Shown piece after piece: positions 43,470-52,453 of a stretch of 64,000 bases of DNA. The notes beneath the pieces are model-generated. The model was not told the DNA's origin. It did no database searches and saw nothing but the letters and a program-made list of their open reading frames with translations. This stretch comes from Haliea sp. Its GTDB lineage: Bacteria > Pseudomonadota > Gammaproteobacteria > Pseudomonadales > Halieaceae. Every line of letters starts with the position of its first letter. The stretch's first letter is position 1. Where the stretch lies: assembly GCA_016704305.1 (NCBI GenBank), contig JADJAL010000031.1, positions 148 to 64,147 on the forward strand, given 5' to 3'. The position numbers and the translations under genes were made by a program.

Positions 43470-43910
43470 TTACCAGCTCCCGGTATTCGCCATCGACACC
43501 CACGGTTCCTGCGGCGCCAATGCATCACCGGCCTGCAGCAGCTCGATGGAGATGCCATCCGGCGAGCGCACGAAGGCCATGTGCCCGTCGCGCGGAGGTC
43601 GGTTGATCACCACGCCCTTGTCCAGCAGGCGCTGGCAGGTGGCGTAGATGTCGTCCACGCGGTAGGCGAGATGGCCGAAGTTGCGGCCGCCGGTGTACTC
43701 CTCGGTGTCCCAGTTCCAGGTGATTTCCACCAGCGGGCTGTGGCCCAGTTTCGCACTTTCCACATCGTCGGGCGCGGCGAGAAACACCAGCGTGAAGCGC
43801 CCCGCCTCGCTGGCATGGCGCCGCACTTCCACCAGGCCGAGCTTGTCGCAGTAAAAATCCAGCGATTCTTCCAGATTGCGCGCACGCACCATCGTGTGGA
43901 GGTATTTCAT
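43470..43910 (-). CDS. VOC / lactoylglutathione lyase-family protein
   Basis: YLHTMVR, FTLVFL, VEITWNWD, GRNFGHLAY, AFVRSPDG.SIEL. Confidence 0.9.
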   Translation of the reverse strand: MKYLHTMVRARNLEESLDFYCDKLGLVEVRRHASEAGRFTLVFLAAPDDVESAKLGHSPLVEITWNWDTEEYTGGRNFGHLAYRVDDIYATCQRLLDKGVVINRPPRDGHMAFVRSPDGISIELLQAGDALAPQEPWVSMANTGSW

Positions 43911-45400
43911 TTGCGTTGCCTCGCTGCTGCCTGTTTGCCGGCCATGCGCCCGGAATAGCTTGCGTCACCCACTGACATGCCACTGCTGTAGCCCTCGGCG
44001 CGGCGCACCACGCCACAGGCGGTGCGTCCGGCGGCGTACAGGCCGGGAATCACTTGCCGCTGCGGGTCCACCACCTCGCCGGTGGGCAGTGTGTCGAGGC
44101 CGCCCAGCGTGAAGTACGGCAGGAAAGTGCCGCGTCCGGGAGTGATGTCGAGCGCGACCAGTGGCGGCTGCAGCGGCTGCAGCCATTCGGCGGCCTTGTG
44201 GCACTGCGTGTCCTCGCCGTTCAGGCAGTCCTCGTTGTACAGCGCGATGGTCTGCTGCAGCGTGCCGGTGCGCAGGCCCAATTCTTCTTCCAGCTCCGCG
44301 ACACTGTCACCCGTGCCGGCGACTGCGGCGCCCATGTAGCTGGTACGTTCGTAGTCGCCGTACTGGTCCACCGTCAGGATGAAGTAGATGCGCTGTGATT
44401 GCTGGCGCAACACGAATGCGCCGAGGCGGCCATGGTACACGTCCTCGTTGATGAAGCGCTGGCCCTGGTCATTCACCACGATGCCATACGTCATGCTGGC
44501 GGGCGGGTAGTACGGAATAGTGATAAAGCCCTCGTGCATGTTGATCGCGGCGCCGCCCACCGCCATGCCCATCAGGATGCCGGTGCCGGTGTCGCCGGGG
44601 TTGCCGATGGGCGTGTTGCCGGCGGTCAGCATGGGCGCGTACTTGCGGATCATCTCCTCGTTCATCACGAAGCCGCCCGCGCACAGGATGACGCCCTGGC
44701 GGGTGCGCACATTGAGTTCCTGCTGGTCCTTGCGCACCACCAGCCCCACGACCTCGTCGTCCTCATTCACGATCAGCGTCAGCGCACGCGTCTCGTATTC
44801 GACGGTGATCGCGTCGCGCTTCTCGACGTTCTCGGTGACTATCTTCATGAACAGGGGGCCGCCGTTGTCGCCTTCCACGTACAAATTGTGCCCGCGCGGA
44901 CAGGGTTTGGCCTGCTGGGCGAACGGATAGGCTTTCTCGCTCCCGGTGTACAGCAGGCCGTCATCCGTCAGGCACATGATGGCACGCTCCTTGTGGAAGC
45001 TGTCCTTGAACGGCACGCCGATGTCGACTAGCCACTGGAAGTGGTCCTTGCTGTTCTCGCAGTAGTTGCGAATCTTGGCCTCGTCCGCCTGCGGCCCGGC
45101 GCACATCATCATGTAGGTGAACATATCCTCGGTGCTGTCCTCAAACCCGCAGGCCTGCTGCACGCGCGTGCCGCCGTTGCCGCCCATGTAGATTTCTGCG
45201 CTGGACATCGCGGTGGAGCCGCCGGAAGCGCTCGCCACCTCGAAAATGATGACGCTGGAGCCCGCGTCCGCCGCCTCGATGGCGGCACAGCCGCCAGCGC
45301 CACCGAAACCAACGATGGCGACATCGGTTTCCCGGTCCCAGTGCGCCACGTCGCGAATCTTGCGCGCTCGGGAGGGATTGGTTTTTGCGGTGTCGGACAT
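43907..45400 (-). CDS. FAD-dependent oxidoreductase, 3-ketosteroid-dehydrogenase / fumarate-reductase flavoprotein family
   Basis: DVAIVGFGGAG, SGGSTAMS, LCAGGF, FTLGGL, IPGLYAAG, YSSGMS. Confidence 0.82.
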   Translation of the reverse strand: MSDTAKTNPSRARKIRDVAHWDRETDVAIVGFGGAGGCAAIEAADAGSSVIIFEVASASGGSTAMSSAEIYMGGNGGTRVQQACGFEDSTEDMFTYMMMCAGPQADEAKIRNYCENSKDHFQWLVDIGVPFKDSFHKERAIMCLTDDGLLYTGSEKAYPFAQQAKPCPRGHNLYVEGDNGGPLFMKIVTENVEKRDAITVEYETRALTLIVNEDDEVVGLVVRKDQQELNVRTRQGVILCAGGFVMNEEMIRKYAPMLTAGNTPIGNPGDTGTGILMGMAVGGAAINMHEGFITIPYYPPASMTYGIVVNDQGQRFINEDVYHGRLGAFVLRQQSQRIYFILTVDQYGDYERTSYMGAAVAGTGDSVAELEEELGLRTGTLQQTIALYNEDCLNGEDTQCHKAAEWLQPLQPPLVALDITPGRGTFLPYFTLGGLDTLPTGEVVDPQRQVIPGLYAAGRTACGVVRRAEGYSSGMSVGDASYSGRMAGKQAAARQRK

Positions 45401-45560
45401 TACTGCATACCTCGTTGTGCGGGGCGCGCATGGTTGCGCTGGTGATGATCAGGTCAAGGACAGGGGATTAAAGCGTTTTCGTGCCGGGCTGACAACCGCG
45501 CCCGGAGCCGCCGGGTTAACAATTTGTACGTGGTATGGCTTTCTTGGCCAACTCGTTCCG

Positions 45561-45645
45561 GAGTTTGGGGGCAGAGTAAAAACCGCGCGACGGAAGTTCA
45601 TCGCGGAGAGCCTCTTTCTGCGGTTTTTACTCTGACCCCAAACTC
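45561..45645. repeat. 26-bp inverted repeat with one mismatch (REP-like hairpin 3)
   Basis: gagtttgggggcagagtaaaaaccgc (45561-45586) and gcggtttttactctgaccccaaactc (45620-45645). Confidence 0.85.
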
Positions 45646-45710
45646 ATGCGCTGGCATTGGACTGCTGCTGGAGTACAATCCCCGGCTTTTGCCAAAGGTA
45701 GTAAACCCCC

Positions 45711-46616
45711 ATGTGGTTCAAGAATGTCCGCGCCTATCGCCTGACCAAACCATTCGACCTCTCTCCCGAAGCGCTGGCGCAAAAACTCGCGCCGCGCAGC
45801 TTCGTGCCCTGCGGCAAATCCCAGCCCGCCGCTGTCGGCTGGGTGGCGCCACTGGGCGAGGAGTCCGAGATGCTGGTGCACGCCGCCGCCGGTCGTATCC
45901 TGCTCAAGCTGAAGCGCGAGGAAAAGCTGTTGCCCTCCACGGTCGTGCGCGAGCAGTTGGAGGAAAAGGTGGCGGCGATTGAATCGGAACAGGGCCGCAA
46001 GGTCTATCGCAAGGAACGGTTGAACCTCAAGGACGAGATCGTGCAGGACTGCCTGCCGCGCGCGTTTACTCGCTCCACGCATATCCATGCCTACATCGAC
46101 GTAAAGGCCAACTGGATTTTCGTCGACGCGGCCAGCGCCACGCGGGCCGAGGAGCTGCTGAACCTGCTGCGCGAATGCGTGGGCAGTTTTCCGGCGCTGC
46201 TGCCGCAGGTCAACAACGCCCCCTCGGCGGTGATGACAGCCTGGCTGTTGCACCGCAGCCTGCCGGATGATTTCGAACTGGGCCAGGAGTGCGAGCTGCG
46301 CGATCCCGGCGAGGAAGGCGGCGTGGTGCGCTGTCGCGGCGTTGATTTGTTGAGTGAAGAAGTGGAGACTCATTTGCACGCGGGCAAGCAGGTCGCCCGC
46401 CTGGCCCTGAACTGGGACGAGCGTGTTTCCCTGTTGCTGGCGGAAGACTTGTGCCTGCGCCGCCTCAAATTCGCGGACGAGTTGATGAAAGAGAACGAAG
46501 AAATTCCCGAAGCCGACCAGTCGGCGCGCGTGGACGCTGACTTCGCGCTGATGGCCGCTGCGATTACCGGTCTGCAGGAACGCGTCCTGGCGCTGTTCGG
46601 CGGCGAGGTGGAATAA
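45711..46616 (+). CDS. rdgC: Recombination-associated protein RdgC
   Basis: MWFKNVRAYRL, GWVAPLG, EEKLLP, LPRAF, DADF.LM. Confidence 0.96.
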   Translation: MWFKNVRAYRLTKPFDLSPEALAQKLAPRSFVPCGKSQPAAVGWVAPLGEESEMLVHAAAGRILLKLKREEKLLPSTVVREQLEEKVAAIESEQGRKVYRKERLNLKDEIVQDCLPRAFTRSTHIHAYIDVKANWIFVDAASATRAEELLNLLRECVGSFPALLPQVNNAPSAVMTAWLLHRSLPDDFELGQECELRDPGEEGGVVRCRGVDLLSEEVETHLHAGKQVARLALNWDERVSLLLAEDLCLRRLKFADELMKENEEIPEADQSARVDADFALMAAAITGLQERVLALFGGEVE

Positions 46617-46625
46617 GCGCCACTC

Positions 46626-47738
46626 ATGCCAAGGCGCCCCGACACCGACGACTATCGAGCGCTATTCCTCAACCCCACACCCATGATGGACATGCGCGCT
46701 CCGACGGAGTTTGCGCATGGCGCGTTTCCCTCGGCGCTCAGCCTGCCGCTGATGAGCGACGAGGAGCGCGCGCTGGTGGGCACCTGTTACAAGCAGCGCG
46801 GACAGGCCGCGGCCATCGAGCTGGGCCATCAACTGGTCTGCGGCGAGGTGAAGGCGCAGCGCGTGGCGCAGTGGGCGGCCTTTGCCAACCAACACCCCCA
46901 GGGTTACCTGTATTGCTTTCGCGGCGGCCTGCGCTCGCAAACCGTGCAGCAGTGGCTGCGCGAGGCGGGTATCGATTACCCGCTGGTTATCGGCGGTTAC
47001 AAGGCCATGCGGCGGTTTCTGCTGGCGGAACTGGAGCGCTCGATTGCCCGTGCCGAATTCGTACTGGTCAGTGGCAAAACCGGTAGCGGCAAGACGCGGG
47101 TAATTTCCCGCCTCACGCGCGCCGTTGACCTGGAGGGACTGGCCAATCACCGCGGTTCCAGTTTTGGCCACCTGCTCACGCCCCAGCCCAGCCAGATCGA
47201 TTTCGAAAACCTTCTCAGCATCGCACTGCTGCGCTTGTTGGCGCAGGGCGACGAGCCGATTTTTCTTGAAGACGAGGGCCGCCTCATCGGCAGGCTGGTC
47301 CTGCCGGAATTGCTGCGCGGGAAAATGCGCAGCGCTCCCATGGTGGAGTTGGAGCAGAGCCTCGATGAACGCATTGATGTCGTGCTCGAGGACTACGTAG
47401 TCGACCTGGGAAAACGCTACGCACTGATGTTCGCGCAAGACGGCGCGCGACTGCACCGGGAGAAATTGCAGCAGAGCCTGGAAAAAATCAGCAGGCGCCT
47501 CGGTGGGCTGCGCTACCGGCAGGTCAGCGACATGCTGGACCTGGCGTTCGAGCGACAGTGGCAGGAGGGCGATGTGTCCGGCCACCGCCACTGGATTGCC
47601 GTGCTGCTGGAGCAGTACTACGACCCGATGTACGAATTCGAACTGGCCAAACGCAGCGGCGAGCGCCTTTTCAGCGGTGACCCGCAGACTGTGCTGCGCT
47701 GGATAGAGCAGGGAGTGCCGGGTGCAGCCCGCCGCTGA
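46626..47738 (+). CDS. mnmH: tRNA 2-selenouridine(34) synthase
   Basis: Rhodanese domain D.RAP.EF..G, VGTCYK, YCFRGGLRS, G.TGSGKT, DLEGLANHRGSSFG, YYDPMY. Confidence 0.95.
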   Translation: MPRRPDTDDYRALFLNPTPMMDMRAPTEFAHGAFPSALSLPLMSDEERALVGTCYKQRGQAAAIELGHQLVCGEVKAQRVAQWAAFANQHPQGYLYCFRGGLRSQTVQQWLREAGIDYPLVIGGYKAMRRFLLAELERSIARAEFVLVSGKTGSGKTRVISRLTRAVDLEGLANHRGSSFGHLLTPQPSQIDFENLLSIALLRLLAQGDEPIFLEDEGRLIGRLVLPELLRGKMRSAPMVELEQSLDERIDVVLEDYVVDLGKRYALMFAQDGARLHREKLQQSLEKISRRLGGLRYRQVSDMLDLAFERQWQEGDVSGHRHWIAVLLEQYYDPMYEFELAKRSGERLFSGDPQTVLRWIEQGVPGAARR

Positions 47739-49965
47739 ACTGCAACGCGACCTGGTACTGGTCGGCGGTGGCCACAGCCATGTGCTGGCAGTGCGCATGT
47801 TGGGCATGCGTCCGCTAGCGGGGCTTCGGATTACGCTGGTATCGCCCGCCAGCCACAGTCCCTACTCCGGGATGCTGCCCGGCCTGGTCGCGGGGCACTA
47901 TCGATTTGAACAGGCGCACATCGATCTGGCGCGCCTGTGCCAGTGGGCGGGGGTGCGATTTGTCGAGGCGGAGGTGACCGCTCTCGATCCCGCTATGCGG
48001 AGGCTTACATTGGCTGGCCGGCCCGCGTTGCACTACGACGTGGCCAGTATCGACATCGGGTCGCAGCCCGAGCTGGATACTGTGCCAGGCGCCAGGCGCT
48101 ATGCCACGCCAGTCAAGCCAGTGGCAGGATTGTGGCAACGCTGGCAGGCATTGTATGGACGTGTGGCTGGCCGAGTCGCGCCAGACCGGGCGCCAGACCG
48201 GGTCGCAGGCGAGGATTGTCGTATTGCGGTGGTAGGTGGCGGCGCCGGCAGTGTCGAGCTGGTGTTGGCGATGGCGAACCGCCTGCAGGACACGTTGGTA
48301 CACTTTGACCTGTGGTGCGCCGCCGCCACGATTTTGCCGGGCTACAACGCCCGCGCCAGGCAATCGGTGATGGCGGCGTTGGGACAGCGCGGCATCCGTG
48401 TGCATCTCAATGCGCGCGTCGCGGCAGTGGAGAGCCGCCACCTGATTCTGTCTGACGGCGCGCACGCCGCCTATGATGAACTGTTCTGGTGTACCGGCGC
48501 GGTGCCTGCCCCGTGGATTGCCGCCAGTGGCCTGGCCACGGATCAGCAGGGTTTTCTCGCGGTGCGCGACACCCTGCAGGCAACCCAGGATGACTGCGTG
48601 TTCGCCGCCGGCGATATCGCCGTACAGGTCAATCATCCACGGCCCAAGGCGGGCGTGTTCGCGGTTCGCCAGGGTCCCGTGCTCGCGCACAACCTGCGCG
48701 CCCTGTTGCTGGATCAACCGTTGCGCCAGCATCGGCCCCAGCGGCGATTCCTGTCCCTGATCTCGCTGGGCGCTGAACGGGCGACCGCGGAGAAGGGCGC
48801 GTTCAGCGCAACCGGCCGCTGGGTGTGGCGTTGGAAGGATGCAATCGACCGGGCGTTCATGGCGCAGTTTGAGAATTTACCCAACGCGATGGCGAGCCAG
48901 GAGCAGGACAGTTTGCCGCAGTTGCAGCATGCCTCGCAGCAGGCGGTTTGCGGCGGCTGTGGTGCCAAGGTCGGGGCTGACGCGCTCTCGGCGGCACTCG
49001 CGCAGCTGCGTCTGGACTACCCGCAACATTGTGTCGTGGCCGGAGATGACGCCGTCGCCGTGCCTGTACCGCAGGGCGCCATGCTGCTGCAAAGCCTGGA
49101 CGTACTGCGCCAGCTGGTTTCAGATCCCTGGCAAATGGGTCGCATAGCCGCGCAGCACGCCCTCAGTGATCTCTATGCCTGCGGGGCGCGCCCGGTGTCG
49201 GCACTGGCGGCGGCAACGCTGCCCTATGCCAACAGCGCGATGCTGCAGCGCGAGTTGCAGCAACTATTGGCAGGCGCCCTGCACGAGTTCGCCGCAGTGG
49301 ATTGTCGCCTGACGGGTGGACACAGCATGCAGGGCGCGGAGCTTGGCCTCGGCTTTGTGGTCAACGGCGTGCCGATGTCGGAGGATGGAAGATTGCTGTC
49401 CAAGATCGGCGCCCAGCCTGGAGATCAACTGATCCTGACCAAGGCGCTGGGTATCGGCACGCTGTTTGCCGCCCACATGCAGCTGGCGGCGGATGGACGC
49501 GACATCAGTGCTGCCCTGGCGTCCATGCTGCAGGGCAACCGCGAAGCAGCAATGCTGGCGGTGGCGCAGGGTGCGAGCGCCTGCACGGATATTACCGGCT
49601 TCGGCCTGCTCGGCCATTTGCTGGAAATGCTGGCAGGGGTGCGCGGAGCGCGCCTGTCCCTAGCGCAACTACCGGTGCTCGGCGGTGCGCTTGACCATCT
49701 GCGGGGCGGCATTGCCAGCACCATGCACGCGGCTAACGAGCGCAGCGCCAGGCAGTTGTATCAGCATTCTCCGTCGGTGGATGCGGCGCGCCTGCAGCTG
49801 TTGTTCGACCCGCAAACCAGCGGCGGCCTGTTGATTGCGCTTCCCCGGGAGCGAGGCCGGGCGCTGTGTGATGCCCTGCACCATGCGGGATATGCCGAGG
49901 CGCGCATCATCGGTGAAGTGACCGGGCGTGTAGACGGGAGCGCGGCTCCCGTCCACCTCGACTAG
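47722..49965 (+). CDS. selD: Selenide, water dikinase with an N-terminal pyridine-nucleotide-disulfide oxidoreductase domain
   Basis: LVGGGHSH, YSGMLPG, PKAGVFAVRQG, then CGGCGAKVG, GDDA, HALSDLYA.G, GGHS, DITGFGLLGHL, DPQTSGGLL. Confidence 0.93.
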   Translation: MQPAAELQRDLVLVGGGHSHVLAVRMLGMRPLAGLRITLVSPASHSPYSGMLPGLVAGHYRFEQAHIDLARLCQWAGVRFVEAEVTALDPAMRRLTLAGRPALHYDVASIDIGSQPELDTVPGARRYATPVKPVAGLWQRWQALYGRVAGRVAPDRAPDRVAGEDCRIAVVGGGAGSVELVLAMANRLQDTLVHFDLWCAAATILPGYNARARQSVMAALGQRGIRVHLNARVAAVESRHLILSDGAHAAYDELFWCTGAVPAPWIAASGLATDQQGFLAVRDTLQATQDDCVFAAGDIAVQVNHPRPKAGVFAVRQGPVLAHNLRALLLDQPLRQHRPQRRFLSLISLGAERATAEKGAFSATGRWVWRWKDAIDRAFMAQFENLPNAMASQEQDSLPQLQHASQQAVCGGCGAKVGADALSAALAQLRLDYPQHCVVAGDDAVAVPVPQGAMLLQSLDVLRQLVSDPWQMGRIAAQHALSDLYACGARPVSALAAATLPYANSAMLQRELQQLLAGALHEFAAVDCRLTGGHSMQGAELGLGFVVNGVPMSEDGRLLSKIGAQPGDQLILTKALGIGTLFAAHMQLAADGRDISAALASMLQGNREAAMLAVAQGASACTDITGFGLLGHLLEMLAGVRGARLSLAQLPVLGGALDHLRGGIASTMHAANERSARQLYQHSPSVDAARLQLLFDPQTSGGLLIALPRERGRALCDALHHAGYAEARIIGEVTGRVDGSAAPVHLD

Positions 49966-49991
49966 GTTTGTCTGTCGCTAAGCGCGGACGT

Positions 49992-51420
49992 TTATGTGAG
50001 CGTTGCAAGGCCGCCTTCGTGGCGACCCGTTCTGCCCAGCAGATTGTTGTACTCCCTGGGGTCTACCGACAGGTCGTAGAGCTCTTCACCGCCGTCGGCG
50101 TAACGGGTCCAGCGCCATTTGCCGATGCGCGTCGAAACAGCGTCTCCCCAACGCATTTCTGCCGGGCGCCGGGCGGCGATCTCCGGTGTGATCCCCAGCA
50201 GGCTGGCGCCTTCAAATTGCGCTGGCTGCGCAATGCCCGCAAGGTCAGTCAGTGTGGGCGCCAGGTCGAGCAGGCTCACGGGCAGGTCGAAACTGCCGCC
50301 CGCCTCCACCCTGCCGGGGGCGCGGATAAGCAGCGGAATGCGGTTGGCGTGTTCCCACAGCGCCATCTTGTGCCAGTGCAGTTTTTCGCCCAGATGGAAG
50401 CCGTGGTCCGACCACAGGACGACGGCGGTGTTGTCGGCGTACGGGCTGGCGTCCAACGCGTCGAGTATCTGGCCCACCATGGCGTCGGTGTGACTGCACG
50501 CGGCCAGGTAGGCCTGCACATGTTGTGGCCACAATCCGGAATTCATCACCAATTCGTTCTGGGTGACTTCCCCGGACCCAAAATCCACAACAGGGAACCT
50601 GGCGAGTTTTACGCCTGCCAGTGGAATATCGTCCAGGTCATCCTGGCGCACTTCGGGTAGCACGACCTTGTCGATAGGATGCAGGTCAAAAGCCCATTGT
50701 GGCAGGCGCCAGGGGACATGGGGCTGGTACAGGCCGATGGCCATGAACCAGGGCTTGGTATGAGCTGACTGCAACTGTTCGATGGCGAAATCGGCTGAGA
50801 TCTGGTCGGCGTGCACTTCGCCGGGTGCCAGCACCCCATAGTCAAAAAGCGTTCCATGGTCGCCAAACGTGACGGGCGAATCCTTGTAGGGCAGGAAAAC
50901 ATCCCACAAACGCTTGGTACCCATTGCCCAGTGGAAGACCTTGCCGGTGGATATCGTCTCGTATCCCGCCTGCGAGAAAAAATGCGGCAACGGGAACAGC
51001 GTTGGTGATTTCATCAGCTCCCCCATAGGCGGCGGTGTCATCGGTCTCATGCACGTTTGTCGTTTCGGGGCGCAGTCCCCACATCGCGGAAGCGCGGCTG
51101 GCAATGCACACCGGCACGGAGCAGTAGGCGCGATTGAAGGAGTATGACTGCGCGCGCAGCCGATCAATATTGGGCGTATGCACACCGGGATGCGCGTCGA
51201 GGTAGCCGACCCAGTCGTTCAGGTCGTCAACACACAGCAGCAGAATATTGGGCTTTTCGCCCATACCGGGTGTGGCAGGCTTGGGTGCAGTGTTGGCGGT
51301 CACCGGACCAGTTGCAGCATCGTCGACTTTGCCCGATGAAGAACGATTGCAGCCAACCACTGCCGCGGCGGCTGCCGCAGCGACAGCTGCCGAGAGAAAT
51401 TTTCGTCGATGGATAACCAT
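49992..51420 (-). CDS. Sulfatase (iduronate/choline-sulfatase-like), Tat lipoprotein; frameshift in the C-run near 51020
   Basis: HRRKFL...VVGC, NILLLCVDDL, CIASR, GKVFH, PHVPW, SDHGFHLGEK, RIPLLI. Confidence 0.9.
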
Positions 51421-51539
51421 ATCAATCCAGATGTAGAGAAAGGTGCAACATTGCTACGGGGAGCGTATTCGACAGGCGGTCGATGGTAGCTGTCCGGCCC
51501 GCCGGCCACAACACCGATTGCGCGGCGGCTTGCGCGATG

Positions 51540-51944
51540 TCACACACGTTTCGGCCCACCCCTGAGCCTGCGATAGAGCTCGTGCAATAACAGCAATGTC
51601 GCGGCGCCGAACAGCAGGTAGAGCGCGACTGTGGCGACGGGTCGATCGAGCGAGTCGGCCGTGGATTCGGTTAAAAAACTGACGATCAGCAAGACGGGCG
51701 ACGCGAGCAAAATCACGCTGATCAGCCGCTGCAGGAAATTGATCGGGGCCGAGCGTGGCATGTAATAACCGACGCCGACATTCGCCACGCAAGACAGCAG
51801 GAAATAAATATGCGCGGAGCGGTACAGCATTCGCGACGCATCGGCCAGGTGCTCGACGCCGAGTACCCGCGCCATGTACTGACCCTGCAGCGAACAAAAA
51901 CAAGCCCAGGCCGCCCACGAGCAAATGACAGTTTCGACGTTCAT
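51540..51944 (-). CDS. Small membrane protein
   Basis: About four hydrophobic segments; RSAHIY motif; abuts the upstream gene. Confidence 0.6.
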   Translation of the reverse strand: MNVETVICSWAAWACFCSLQGQYMARVLGVEHLADASRMLYRSAHIYFLLSCVANVGVGYYMPRSAPINFLQRLISVILLASPVLLIVSFLTESTADSLDRPVATVALYLLFGAATLLLLHELYRRLRGGPKRV

Positions 51945-51948
51945 GGCA

Positions 51949-52373
51949 TCACTTTCCATCCCAGTAGCGGGTCATTTCAGGTACAGGAAAGAGGCGGTCC
52001 ACGTTATCAGCACCAGGCCGGTCAGCGATTCAAGCGCGGACAGGAAGCGCAAGTCGCCAAACGGGACGATGTCGCCAGTGCCGAGCGTGGCGTAAGTAGT
52101 GAAGGAAAAGTAAACGCAGTCCATCAGGCTGCCGTCAAAATTTCCTTCCAGGTGACCCCAATCCTCGGCCTGGTTCATAAAGTAATAGGAGATGCCGAAA
52201 ATCCATACTTCTACGGCGTGCGCGGTCAGTGCGACGAAAACGCCAAGCACAATGCGAAAGCGGTGCAGCATCTTCAGCCGCGGCATCAACAACGTCATGC
52301 GGTGCAGAAACTCATAGTGAATGGCTACGGTAGTGGCGATGATAACCACGTTAACTAGAAATACGACGATCAC
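51949..52373 (-). CDS. Potassium-channel-family (Ion_trans_2) small membrane protein; 1-bp frameshift near 51980
   Basis: YFSFTTYATLGTGDIVP and ESLTGLVLITWTASFLY. One added G gives the C-terminus EMTRYWDGK*. Confidence 0.8.
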
Positions 52374-52453
52374 AATTTCCCACGCCCCGGCCGCGATTCT
52401 TCAAAGACCACTTTAACCTGATTTAAATGTTGGTCTGAAATGTTGTGTTACGC

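Noticed and set aside
43350-43470. Sigma-54 promoter for the PEP-CTERM gene
   Set aside because: A TGGCA is present on the minus strand, but there is no GC at the -12 position with correct spacing.
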